DNA of 64,000 nucleotides from Acutalibacteraceae bacterium. GTDB taxonomy: Bacteria; Bacillota; Clostridia; Oscillospirales; Acutalibacteraceae. The notes beneath the pieces are model-generated. The model worked only from the letters and a program-made list of their open reading frames with translations, was not told the DNA's origin and did no database searches. The stretch spans positions 63,398 to 127,397 of the forward strand of contig JAZNCO010000099.1 in assembly GCA_045587645.1 (NCBI GenBank), read 5' to 3'. This document shows positions 38,883 to 47,833 of the stretch, one piece after another (position 1 is the first letter of the stretch; every line of letters starts with the position of its first letter). The translations under genes were made by a program, and so were the position numbers.

Positions 38883-39830
38883 ATGAAAAATACAATCTGC
38901 TTCATCTGCACATTATTGTTAATTTCTGTCTGTCTGACATCTTGTTCTTTTTTACAGGTACCGCAGCCGACAACAGTTCAAACGGAACCGCCAACCATTG
39001 TGGAACCGACGCCGCCACCAACGGCCCCCCCTACTCTACCTCCCGCACCGGCAATCGATGCAGCTGCTTCGATTGTATATGATCTGAAAAATCACAAATA
39101 TTTACATCAGCAATCATCGCAAGCAAAAATTGCACCTGCATCCATTACAAAGCTGCTGACGGCATGTCTTACATTGGAATATCTGAACACTGACGATGCA
39201 ATTACCGTCGGTACAGAGCTGAAGCTTTTACAACCGAATTCAAGCGTCTGTCTGTTGGCACAAGGACATCGTCTTACTGTTTTGGATTTATTATACGGTC
39301 TTTTACTTCAATCCGGCAATGATGCAGCATATACGCTTGCTGTCAATGTAGCAAGAAAAGATACCGGTGATTCCTCTATGAGTGATGCTGCAGCAGTCGA
39401 GCATTTCATCTCTCTTATGAATACCTTTGCACAAGAAATCGGAATGAAAAACAGTCATTTTGTAAGTCCAGACGGGTATGACACCCCGGAGCAGTATGTT
39501 ACCGCAGATGATGTATTGTTGCTCGCTATGAAAACAAAGCAATATCCTGTAATCAATATGATCACAGCAACACAAAAAATAGATGTTCAATTCCTGTCCG
39601 GCGAAACAATCACATGGACCAACTCAAATATGTTTCTTGATACAACAAGCATTTATCACAACCCGTATGTTGTCGGAATGAAAACAGGCACCACAGAGAA
39701 TGCCGGCACTTGTCTGCTCACCAGTTACAATGACGGAGATTATGATCTTATCATTTTTGTAGCAGGCTGCAAAACGGATGAATCGCGCTATACCGAAACC
39801 GCAACATTGATTTCATGGGCAATACAATAA
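38883..39830 (+). CDS. D-alanyl-D-alanine carboxypeptidase family lipoprotein (S11)
   Basis: Lipobox LTSC, a Pro/Thr-rich linker, an SxxK motif (SITK) and an SGN motif (QSGND). Confidence 0.75.
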   Translation: MKNTICFICTLLLISVCLTSCSFLQVPQPTTVQTEPPTIVEPTPPPTAPPTLPPAPAIDAAASIVYDLKNHKYLHQQSSQAKIAPASITKLLTACLTLEYLNTDDAITVGTELKLLQPNSSVCLLAQGHRLTVLDLLYGLLLQSGNDAAYTLAVNVARKDTGDSSMSDAAAVEHFISLMNTFAQEIGMKNSHFVSPDGYDTPEQYVTADDVLLLAMKTKQYPVINMITATQKIDVQFLSGETITWTNSNMFLDTTSIYHNPYVVGMKTGTTENAGTCLLTSYNDGDYDLIIFVAGCKTDESRYTETATLISWAIQ

Positions 39831-39835
39831 GTCAA

Positions 39836-39858
39836 AGCACCGCATCAGCGGTGCTTTT
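39836..39858 (+). terminator. Rho-independent terminator abutting the helicase gene stop
   Basis: Stem AGCACCGC, loop ATCA, stem GCGGTGCT, then TTTTGTT. It ends 1 nt before the convergent stop codon at 39860. Confidence 0.65.
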
Positions 39859-39859
39859 G

Positions 39860-42097
39860 TTATATCGCATCAGATTGCCAGGATTCAATTCTCTCTTTCA
39901 TGCCTGCAATATCGAGAATCCCATAGGCAAAGCCCTTCCTTACAAGTGAAACCGGTAAAAATTCATCATATTTTTCAAATAGAGGCACTTCATTTTCATA
40001 AACAAGCTCAAGAGGATCGAATTCCTTGTCACTCTCCGCTTTTAACACTTTAAAAAATGTTGCCGCATCGGCATTCATTCTAAATTGTATAAAATATGGC
40101 CTTGAAGCATCCAAACCTTTTAGTCCGAGTGCATCTGCACATTTTATCTTTAAGAAGCGTTCCAATGCAAGAAATGCATAACTTCCGAGCCACGGAAACA
40201 AACACCACATATCGCCGCCGAGATTGATAAGCGATTGCGACACAACACCTGAATAAACTGCCGTTTGTCGCGACTGTTGAAGTCGAACAGCGGCATTTTT
40301 CATTATGTATGGATATGACTTATCTTCCGCAAGTACCATACGCATGCGTTCAAGCACCTTCGTATGCACTGCGCCCGGACATTCTCCGAAATAAGCAGGA
40401 ACCTTCCCCCTTACCTGCAGACAATAGACCAATCTGCGCTTATGATCCACTTCATCAACAAGCCATACATGACCGGCAATGGCTATTTTTTCACCCGGAG
40501 GTGGCGGCATAACAAGAGTACCGAGCTCATGCGAACCACAACGTACAGTATATTCTTCACTTTCCTGAAAAACAGCATAGAATTTGAATGAATTGATCTG
40601 TCTTTCTCCTGCAAGTCCAACGATCAAGCCACCTTCATCTGTTCTCTGTATATGATTTGTATCCAATAAGTGTCTCAATAAAACTTTATAATCATCCTGC
40701 GTAATACGTCGGAATGCCTGCAGCGGTAACACTTTGGATGCCAGCTGTGCCGCAGACATTTCTCCGCAGGAAGCAAGCGTTGACATGGTCTGATGATATA
40801 AAAGGCTGAACGGTAATCTGTCAAGCTTCGGCGGCTCAACCCACCTTTCCTCCAGATACAATTGAATTAAAGCAATTCCCTGCAAAAGCTTCCAAGGAAC
40901 GGTTTCAGGCAACATTGCGCGTGCCTCTGCAATGTCTTCACGGATAACAAACCACATTTCAGGCGGCAAATCACGACGGCCTGTTCTTCCGAGGCGTTGT
41001 AAGAAGGAGGAAACTGTAAAAGGTGCATCAATCTGAAAAGCCCGTTCCAATCGACCGATGTCGATACCCAATTCAAGCGTAGCCGTTGTAATGGTTGTTT
41101 GAAACTGTTCATCGTCCTTCATAACAGCTTCTGCTGTTTCACGATAAGATGCGGAGAGATTACCGTGATGAATCAAAAAACGATCAGGCTCATGATTCAA
41201 CTCGCAATAGCTGCGCAAGGTTGTCGTGACTGCCTCGCACTCCTCTCTTGAATTCACAAAAACAAGACACTTGCGATCTCTTGTATGCTCAAATACATAC
41301 CCAAAACCGGGATCTGCATGATCAGGAGCATGATCTGTCGGAGCACTCAGCACAGGCAAAACAGACTCTGTCTGTAATGCCGATTCGGATTGCTCACCTT
41401 GCACATAAAAATGCTCCATCGAAATTCGCCATCGAACCTTTTCTGCCTGCAATTGCGGAATCAATGTTTTTCTACCGGTTCCGGAAGATAAATAATCACC
41501 CATTTTCTGCGGTTCACCGAGTGTTGCCGACAAACCGATTCGGCGCGGATTTACCCCTGCAAGCTTCGACAAACGTTCAATCAGGCATATAGTTTGTCCA
41601 CCACGGTCACCGCGTAAAATAGCGTGAACCTCATCGATCACAATATATCGAAGATCACAGAACAGCTTGTTAATATGCGAATGCTTACGCATAAGCAAGG
41701 CCTCAAGAGATTCAGGGGTGATCTGCAGGATCCCCGACGGATTTTTTAATAGCTTATTTTTGTGTGATTGAGAAACATCACCGTGCCAGTGCCATACAGG
41801 AATATCTGCCTCACGACAAAGATCTGCAAGTCGGTAAAACTGATCATTTATAAGTGCTTTTAGTGGGCCTATATACAAAGCACCGATTGAACAAGGTGGA
41901 TTTTCATACAGGTCTGTTAATATCGGAAAGAAGGCAGCTTCTGTTTTTCCGGAAGCGGTTGAAGCACACAATAAAAGATTATCATCGGTTTCAAAAATCG
42001 CTTCTGAGGCAGCAATCTGCACAGCACGCAGGGATTGCCATTCATTGCTGTAAATAAAATCCTTAATGAATGGTGCATAGCGGTCAAAATAGTTCAT
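39860..42097 (-). CDS. Lhr/BrxHI-like DEAD/DEAH (DEVH) SF2 helicase, Shango SngC-like
   Basis: Motif I ASTASGKTEAAF, motif II IVIDEVHAIL, motif III GLSATLG and motif VI QRLGRTGRR, with a long C-terminal domain. It starts 2 nt after the upstream ATPase gene. Confidence 0.85.
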   Translation of the reverse strand: MNYFDRYAPFIKDFIYSNEWQSLRAVQIAASEAIFETDDNLLLCASTASGKTEAAFFPILTDLYENPPCSIGALYIGPLKALINDQFYRLADLCREADIPVWHWHGDVSQSHKNKLLKNPSGILQITPESLEALLMRKHSHINKLFCDLRYIVIDEVHAILRGDRGGQTICLIERLSKLAGVNPRRIGLSATLGEPQKMGDYLSSGTGRKTLIPQLQAEKVRWRISMEHFYVQGEQSESALQTESVLPVLSAPTDHAPDHADPGFGYVFEHTRDRKCLVFVNSREECEAVTTTLRSYCELNHEPDRFLIHHGNLSASYRETAEAVMKDDEQFQTTITTATLELGIDIGRLERAFQIDAPFTVSSFLQRLGRTGRRDLPPEMWFVIREDIAEARAMLPETVPWKLLQGIALIQLYLEERWVEPPKLDRLPFSLLYHQTMSTLASCGEMSAAQLASKVLPLQAFRRITQDDYKVLLRHLLDTNHIQRTDEGGLIVGLAGERQINSFKFYAVFQESEEYTVRCGSHELGTLVMPPPPGEKIAIAGHVWLVDEVDHKRRLVYCLQVRGKVPAYFGECPGAVHTKVLERMRMVLAEDKSYPYIMKNAAVRLQQSRQTAVYSGVVSQSLINLGGDMWCLFPWLGSYAFLALERFLKIKCADALGLKGLDASRPYFIQFRMNADAATFFKVLKAESDKEFDPLELVYENEVPLFEKYDEFLPVSLVRKGFAYGILDIAGMKERIESWQSDAI

Positions 42098-42099
42098 TC

Positions 42100-43413
42100 T
42101 TATACCTCAAATTCTGCAAAGGAACCTGCCTCTGCCTCTTGCAGCGGCGTTTTTGCAAATGAGAAATCCTGTGATGACAATAATTGAGAAATGCTTGTTT
42201 GCGGATTTTGCTGAATAATATTCAGTAATTCAATAAAATCACGGATCACTTCACGGGGAGTGATACTTGAATCGGCTCCGATCCTTCCGTATTCAATTCT
42301 GATAAACGAAATCAGATCAGCCTGCGTCAAAATCGGGTCATAAGAATACAATACTGCATGAATATCACGAAGTTTCTCTACAAGAATCAGCATTTCTTCA
42401 TTCGTCAGAGCATTCAGACGGATAACAGGTGCAAGAAGATCGGTCATCTTACTATCCGAAAATCGGCCTGCCTGCAAACGGGAACGAAGTGCTTCATAAC
42501 TGAAGATACCGCGGTGTCTGTCTTCCATTGCCTGGGGTGTCGCACACATAATAAATCCCATATACTGCGACTTTCCCTGCAATGCATCATTGTATATTGT
42601 CAGCAATTTTTCATAATTATATTGCCGCGTGATACTGTTCGGAATTTTATAGATATTCACCAATTCATCAATCAATATCAGCATTCCGTTATAACCTGCC
42701 AATTTCAAAAATGCAGAAAAGAGTTTAAGATAATCATACCAGTCCTCATCCGTTATACAGATATTGATACCAAGTTCGGCTTTTACCTCTGTCTTGTTCA
42801 CATATTCACCGCGAAACCATTTTAAAACAGCAGCCCGTTTTTCCTGTTCATCATTCTTTACTGCAAAATAATAAACAGATAGAAGCTTTCCGAAATCAAA
42901 TCCGTGAACAAATTCAGTCAAAGAATCAATAATGGAGTGAATCTTCAGTAAAACAAGTTCATCAAATACATCATTTTGCAGCTGTGCACCATGCTTTGTA
43001 ATGACTTCATGCTGAATACCACTGATCCAGCGATCCAGGATCAAAGGCAAAGCACCGCCTTCAGGTCTTGTTTTTGTAGACATATTACGAATCAACTCAC
43101 GATATGTTGCCAGACCTTGTCCTTTGGTTCCCTGCAATCTTCTTTCAGGCGAAAGATCTGCATCCAGAACAACAAAATTGCGATCCATGCAATACGCTCG
43201 GATGGTTTGCAATAAAAAACTCTTACCGCTGCCATACTTACCCACAATGAATCGAAATGCCGAACCACCCTCGGCAATAATATCAACATCATGTAACAAA
43301 GCATTGATTTCATCTTTTCTGCCGACCGTAATATACGGCAGACCGATTCGAGGTACAACGCCGCCTTTCAACGCATTCATGAGTGTTTGAGCAATTCTTT
43401 TCGGTATATTCAT
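42100..43413 (-). CDS. DUF2791/BrxD-like P-loop ATPase, Shango SngB-like
   Basis: GGVVPRIGLPYITVGRKDE...FRFIVGKYGSGKSFLLQ contains the Walker A motif, and MLILIDELVN is the Walker B motif. It has a 4-nt overlap with the upstream gene. Confidence 0.8.
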   Translation of the reverse strand: MNIPKRIAQTLMNALKGGVVPRIGLPYITVGRKDEINALLHDVDIIAEGGSAFRFIVGKYGSGKSFLLQTIRAYCMDRNFVVLDADLSPERRLQGTKGQGLATYRELIRNMSTKTRPEGGALPLILDRWISGIQHEVITKHGAQLQNDVFDELVLLKIHSIIDSLTEFVHGFDFGKLLSVYYFAVKNDEQEKRAAVLKWFRGEYVNKTEVKAELGINICITDEDWYDYLKLFSAFLKLAGYNGMLILIDELVNIYKIPNSITRQYNYEKLLTIYNDALQGKSQYMGFIMCATPQAMEDRHRGIFSYEALRSRLQAGRFSDSKMTDLLAPVIRLNALTNEEMLILVEKLRDIHAVLYSYDPILTQADLISFIRIEYGRIGADSSITPREVIRDFIELLNIIQQNPQTSISQLLSSQDFSFAKTPLQEAEAGSFAEFEV

Positions 43414-44882
43414 AAACCAAGATATCCTTTCAAAAAATCTTCATAATCTTCCGGGATTATGGGTTTGTCATCCTCGAAAATAATGACTGTATCATTGCAT
43501 TCATCAAACAACAACTCATTGATTTCATCACATAAAAGTCCAATCGTTGTATTATTTTCTTTCAGAAGCTCAGAAAACGGTTCATTGTTAAGAAGATGTA
43601 TAAGAAACTTTGTCTGCAACGGATTCAGGATTGCAGGTTCACATTCCGTTTTATCTGCTTTTAGCAGCAGTTCTTCTTTTGCATCATCATTATAAATCAA
43701 AAGTCGTTCCTGTGTAACAGCAGCATCATTTCTGATTACATTCAACATGTGCAGATCTATTTCAATTTTTGGAGCTTTTTCATATTGTTCACGGATTATA
43801 TAGTTTTCGATGCAACGCTGAACAGTTTCTTCCCATTCAATCGGAATTGAGCCACCTTTTAAGCTGTGATTAAAGTGATATTGTCTTCGTAAAAAACAGT
43901 CAATGGTTCTCAAAAGCTCTCCGACACGCTGTAATCTTCCGGCAAAAGGGATAAACTGTATGCATTGCCATTGCCCTTTTGTATAAAAATATTCTTCTGC
44001 ATCACTGACCTTATATTCATAGTCTTCTCTGCGAATTCGGTCATAAAAGACAGCTCCGGCAAACAAAGATCGCTTACCGGTGTTAAAAGAACCGAAAAAG
44101 AAATCACGATCAGGAAACAAGCTGCTGCTTTTATAATACTTATTCAGTTCTCTCACAACATCTGCAATAACGGCAATACACACATCACTTTTGTATTTAA
44201 AAAACCGAGAAGCCTGCATGTTATAAGAAGAAATTTTCTGTAAAGCATCATAAACATCACGATCAGGGTGATTTTCTGCATCAACTAAAATCACCATATC
44301 TGATTTATCATTAAATGAAGGAATTTTTTTCAGGAACTCTGCATTCAGATTATAATATATACAATAATCCTTCAGCCATCTGTTCATATAAGTTTCAATA
44401 TAATAATCCAGTGTACGATATTCCTGAAAAAAATCAAACAGCTTCAAAAAACCATCCTCTGCATTTGTTGCACCAATACCGTTTATCAATTCATAAATGT
44501 AAACATAAGCAAATGAAAGAGATGTTTTGTGTATTTCACCTTTTCTAACTTTTGTACGCCATGTGAAATAATAACGCAGTTGTGCATCAGACATTGATGA
44601 ATAGGTCGGATAATACCGTAAAAATTCGACATTGTGCTCATAATAATCCTCATGATGCTCCATAAAACGCGCTTGTTTATAAAAAATCTGATTTTCAGGC
44701 TCGTTATAAGCTTTTCTTGCAATATCGCGCATATTTCTGTAGACAGGTGGTGTAAAATTTGCCATCTGAGATGCGGTCATCAAAATCGGTTCATCACGAT
44801 ATATTTTTTGTGACAAATTCTCTTTTTCAGATAAATGACTTTCCGCTAATACTCTGTTTAACAGATCCTGATCCGATGCCAT
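43410..44882 (-). CDS. TerB-N plus TerB-C domain protein, Shango SngA-like
   Basis: TerB-N signature YYPTYSSMSDAQLRYYFTWRTKVRKGE...FAYVYIYELINGIG. The C-terminal region LLCDEINELLFDECNDTVIIFEDD is TerB-C-like. No TM segment was seen. Confidence 0.75.
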   Translation of the reverse strand: MASDQDLLNRVLAESHLSEKENLSQKIYRDEPILMTASQMANFTPPVYRNMRDIARKAYNEPENQIFYKQARFMEHHEDYYEHNVEFLRYYPTYSSMSDAQLRYYFTWRTKVRKGEIHKTSLSFAYVYIYELINGIGATNAEDGFLKLFDFFQEYRTLDYYIETYMNRWLKDYCIYYNLNAEFLKKIPSFNDKSDMVILVDAENHPDRDVYDALQKISSYNMQASRFFKYKSDVCIAVIADVVRELNKYYKSSSLFPDRDFFFGSFNTGKRSLFAGAVFYDRIRREDYEYKVSDAEEYFYTKGQWQCIQFIPFAGRLQRVGELLRTIDCFLRRQYHFNHSLKGGSIPIEWEETVQRCIENYIIREQYEKAPKIEIDLHMLNVIRNDAAVTQERLLIYNDDAKEELLLKADKTECEPAILNPLQTKFLIHLLNNEPFSELLKENNTTIGLLCDEINELLFDECNDTVIIFEDDKPIIPEDYEDFLKGYLGL

Positions 44883-44917
44883 AATATACTCCGTAAGATA
44901 AATCGAATGTTTGTTCT

Positions 44918-44946
44918 ATTATAGCAAACTTTTGTTTGCTTTTCAA
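44918..44946 (-). promoter_or_regulatory. Near-consensus sigma-A promoter of the three-gene operon, with an embedded palindrome
   Basis: Minus strand reads TTGAAA (44946-44941), a 17-nt spacer, then TATAAT (44923-44918). The spacer is the palindrome AGCAAAC-AAAA-GTTTGCT. GGAG lies 7 nt before the ATG at 44882. Confidence 0.6.
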
Positions 44947-45032
44947 GATAAAAAATGGAATCAGGTTTATTTTTTTTATTTTTATTCAAAAAAAAATAGT
45001 AGATAAAAAAATTTTAATGATGAACAAAAATC

Positions 45033-45061
45033 TTGCACAGATGCCTTTAGTATGATATAAT
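45033..45061 (+). promoter_or_regulatory. Sigma-A promoter of the YfcC-family gene
   Basis: TTGCAC, a 17-nt spacer, then TATAAT. Confidence 0.55.
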
Positions 45062-45100
45062 GATCAAAAAATTGCTGTCTTCATTTGAAGGAGAATAAAG

Positions 45101-46579
45101 ATGAATAATCCAGTCGAAAAAAAAGATACCGTTGCAGAAGGCATTCGTCTGAACCTCAAAACGGTACTGATGATCAGCATTCTTGCGATTGTTCTTGTCA
45201 TTGCAGCAGGTGTGCTGTCACATGTAATTCCGCAAGGTGCTTACACCGCTTCTCAGATCGTTGACAATGTTGAAATTTTTGATCCCGATTCTTATGTTCA
45301 GTTTACGGATCAGGAGCCTCTTGCTTGGTGGCGGATTTTACTTTCTCCGTTTCTGGCATTAAATCCCGCAAACGATTATTTTCTGACGGGCATTATTATT
45401 GTTGTATTTATTGTTGTTATCGGCGGTACATTTCTGATTGTGGACGAATGCGGTGTACTGAAATACATCATGGGTATCGTGGTTGAGAAATTCTCAAACA
45501 GAAAGTATTTCTTATTGGCTCTTATAGTATTTATCTGCATGCTTTTAAGTTCTACTGCCGGCATTCTTGAAGAAGCGATAACACTTGTCCCCATTGCTGT
45601 TGCAATTTCCTTGGCATTAGGCTGGGACTCACTTGTCGGACTTGGTATGAGCTTGATTGCAATAGCCTTCGGCTTTACTGCTGCAACATTCAATCCGTTC
45701 AATGTAGTAACAATACAAAAAATGGCAGGATTGGAAATTTATTCAGGTCTTGGTTTCCGCATTATCGTATTATTTGTGGTTTATGCTATTCTTGCAGCTT
45801 TTCTGATTCTGTATGCAAAGCGAATTGAAAAAGATCCGCAGAAATCACTTTGCTATGAAAGCGATTTGCAGATGCGTGATAAGTATCCGATAGATGTTTG
45901 CAAACAAGCGCTACAGAACAAAAAAATTGCCAAAGCAAGTAAAGCATTCGGCATTTGTCTCGGCTGTGTTTTTCTGCTGATTGCACTTGATTTTGCACTT
46001 GGCATGGGAGGAACTATTTCATCTGCAGCAATGCCTGTAATGTTTGCAGCAGGTGCCGTTCTGGCAGCAGTTTTCTCAGGTATGAGCAAAAGTGACTTCT
46101 TTAAAAACTTCGGCAAAGGAATTAAAACAATTCTTCCCATATTGCCGTTCTTTGTTCTCATTCTTGCAATCATATATGTTTTAACGGAAGGACAGATTCT
46201 GCCGACCATCCTTCATTATGCCTATACGCATATTCAGGGATTGAATCCTTATATATGCATTCTTGTTATCTTCTTATTGATCATGGCATTGGAATTTTTC
46301 ATCGGCAGCGGTTCCATCAAGGCACTGCTGACAATGCCTGTAATTCTGCCGCTTGCAAATATGCTGGGTATAACAAGTCAGAGTGTTATTCTTTCCTTCT
46401 GTCTTGGTGATGGCTTCACAAACCTTCTTTATCCTACCAGCGGTATTATGATCATTGCGATCGGTATGGTGGGTGTTACATATAAAAAATGGTTAAAATT
46501 CTCTGCTCCGTTGTTTATAGCAGAATTTGCAGCATCGATCATATTTATGATGCTTGCAATTTCTTGCAATTACAAATAA
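45101..46579 (+). CDS. YfcC-family (DcuC/ArcD-superfamily) membrane transporter
   Basis: 492 aa, polytopic. The N-terminal segment ending in VIPQGAY and the overall topology resemble YfcC-type carriers. Confidence 0.65.
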   Translation: MNNPVEKKDTVAEGIRLNLKTVLMISILAIVLVIAAGVLSHVIPQGAYTASQIVDNVEIFDPDSYVQFTDQEPLAWWRILLSPFLALNPANDYFLTGIIIVVFIVVIGGTFLIVDECGVLKYIMGIVVEKFSNRKYFLLALIVFICMLLSSTAGILEEAITLVPIAVAISLALGWDSLVGLGMSLIAIAFGFTAATFNPFNVVTIQKMAGLEIYSGLGFRIIVLFVVYAILAAFLILYAKRIEKDPQKSLCYESDLQMRDKYPIDVCKQALQNKKIAKASKAFGICLGCVFLLIALDFALGMGGTISSAAMPVMFAAGAVLAAVFSGMSKSDFFKNFGKGIKTILPILPFFVLILAIIYVLTEGQILPTILHYAYTHIQGLNPYICILVIFLLIMALEFFIGSGSIKALLTMPVILPLANMLGITSQSVILSFCLGDGFTNLLYPTSGIMIIAIGMVGVTYKKWLKFSAPLFIAEFAASIIFMMLAISCNYK

Positions 46580-46655
46580 AAATGATAAAATTTGACTTGA
46601 TATTATACTTTTGCAGAGTTATAATATAGACAATAATCCAAAGGAGTGTTGATTT

Positions 46656-47810
46656 ATGGCCAATATTAGTACATATATTGAAAATTTCGGCAATATTCCT
46701 TTTTCAGAATTGCCTTATACCGATGGTGATGATTTTTCACTGAATAACATTTTTTATATGCCTCTTGAAAAAGTGGCTCCTTCTGAATTTGAGAAAAAGC
46801 CTAAAACGCTCGGTCATTATGCACAGGCGTTTTATGCTATGAACAACTATAAAATGGTATCTGCCGGACTTGTTTTACCAAAGCACATTTGCCGTCGTTT
46901 GGTGAAAATGTCATACAGCAGACGCTTTGCCGCTATCAAGCTGACCGGCGTTCGCTCTGTTCTTGACAACGAAAATACGGTTCAATTTGCTGCGGCAACA
47001 TTCATTCTTCCGAACAAGGTCAATGTCCTTGCATTTCGCGGAACTGATGACACCATTTTAGGCTGGATAGAAGATTTTGATCTTCTGCTGAAAGGAAAAA
47101 CAGGATCGCATGATCTGGCAGTTCAATACCTTGAAGAAGCAGCTGCAAATCTTGAGGGCGATATTTTTGTGACGGGACACTCAAAGGGCGGTCACCTGGC
47201 TCTGTATGCGGCATTACATTGTTCTGAAGAAACCCGTAAGCGCATCAAAAGAGTGTACAATAATGACGGACCCGGCTTTGCAGACGATGCGTATCTTTAC
47301 AGTGATGAATATAAAGAGATCCGTCCCGTTTATCGTCATTTTATTCCTGACAGTTCCCTGTTTGGACTTATGCTCAAGCATGATAATGATTTCAAGGTAG
47401 TAAAGAGCAGCGTTCCGTTCCTTGGTCTTGTACAGCATGATATATGCACATGGCAACTTGACGGTGCCTTACCTGTTCTCACAGATGATATTACCGCCGT
47501 TGGTAAGGTGCAGGGTGAAGCTTTTGCAAACACCATTGAACAAGCTACCCATGAAGATATCAATGGATTCAGAACCATACTCAATGATACATTCATGGCA
47601 ACCGGTACGGAAAATCTCTCGGGTTTTGCAAAAAATATCGTCACCTCTGTTCCTAAAATGATTGTTAATTATTTTGACCATGACAAAGATACGAGAAAGC
47701 ATTTCTGGAATGCAACTACTACTATTCTCGTCAATTTCGGCAAATCTGCAGTATCAGCAGCAAAGGGTGAAATCGTTTATCCTGTTATCATACAGACTGA
47801 AAATATTTAA
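46656..47810 (+). CDS. Mbeg1-like / DUF2974 alpha/beta-hydrolase-fold protein
   Basis: FRGTDDTILGWIEDF and the nucleophile elbow VTGHSKGGHLALYAA. Confidence 0.65.
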   Translation: MANISTYIENFGNIPFSELPYTDGDDFSLNNIFYMPLEKVAPSEFEKKPKTLGHYAQAFYAMNNYKMVSAGLVLPKHICRRLVKMSYSRRFAAIKLTGVRSVLDNENTVQFAAATFILPNKVNVLAFRGTDDTILGWIEDFDLLLKGKTGSHDLAVQYLEEAAANLEGDIFVTGHSKGGHLALYAALHCSEETRKRIKRVYNNDGPGFADDAYLYSDEYKEIRPVYRHFIPDSSLFGLMLKHDNDFKVVKSSVPFLGLVQHDICTWQLDGALPVLTDDITAVGKVQGEAFANTIEQATHEDINGFRTILNDTFMATGTENLSGFAKNIVTSVPKMIVNYFDHDKDTRKHFWNATTTILVNFGKSAVSAAKGEIVYPVIIQTENI

Positions 47811-47833
47811 TTACGAATCGATAGGTATACAAT

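Noticed and set aside
39860-43413. Possibility that the ATPase plus helicase pair marks a BREX type 2 (BrxD/BrxHI) system
   Set aside because: No PglX methyltransferase, PglZ phosphatase, PglW kinase or BrxL/BrxC-like genes are in the window. The pair is instead fused into an operon with a TerB-N gene, which fits the Shango layout.
43410-44882. Tellurite-resistance (ter) operon suggested by the TerB-related name
   Set aside because: There are no terZ/A/C/D/E or TerY/vWA genes nearby. The protein has TerB-N/TerB-C accessory domains, not the TerB core domain.
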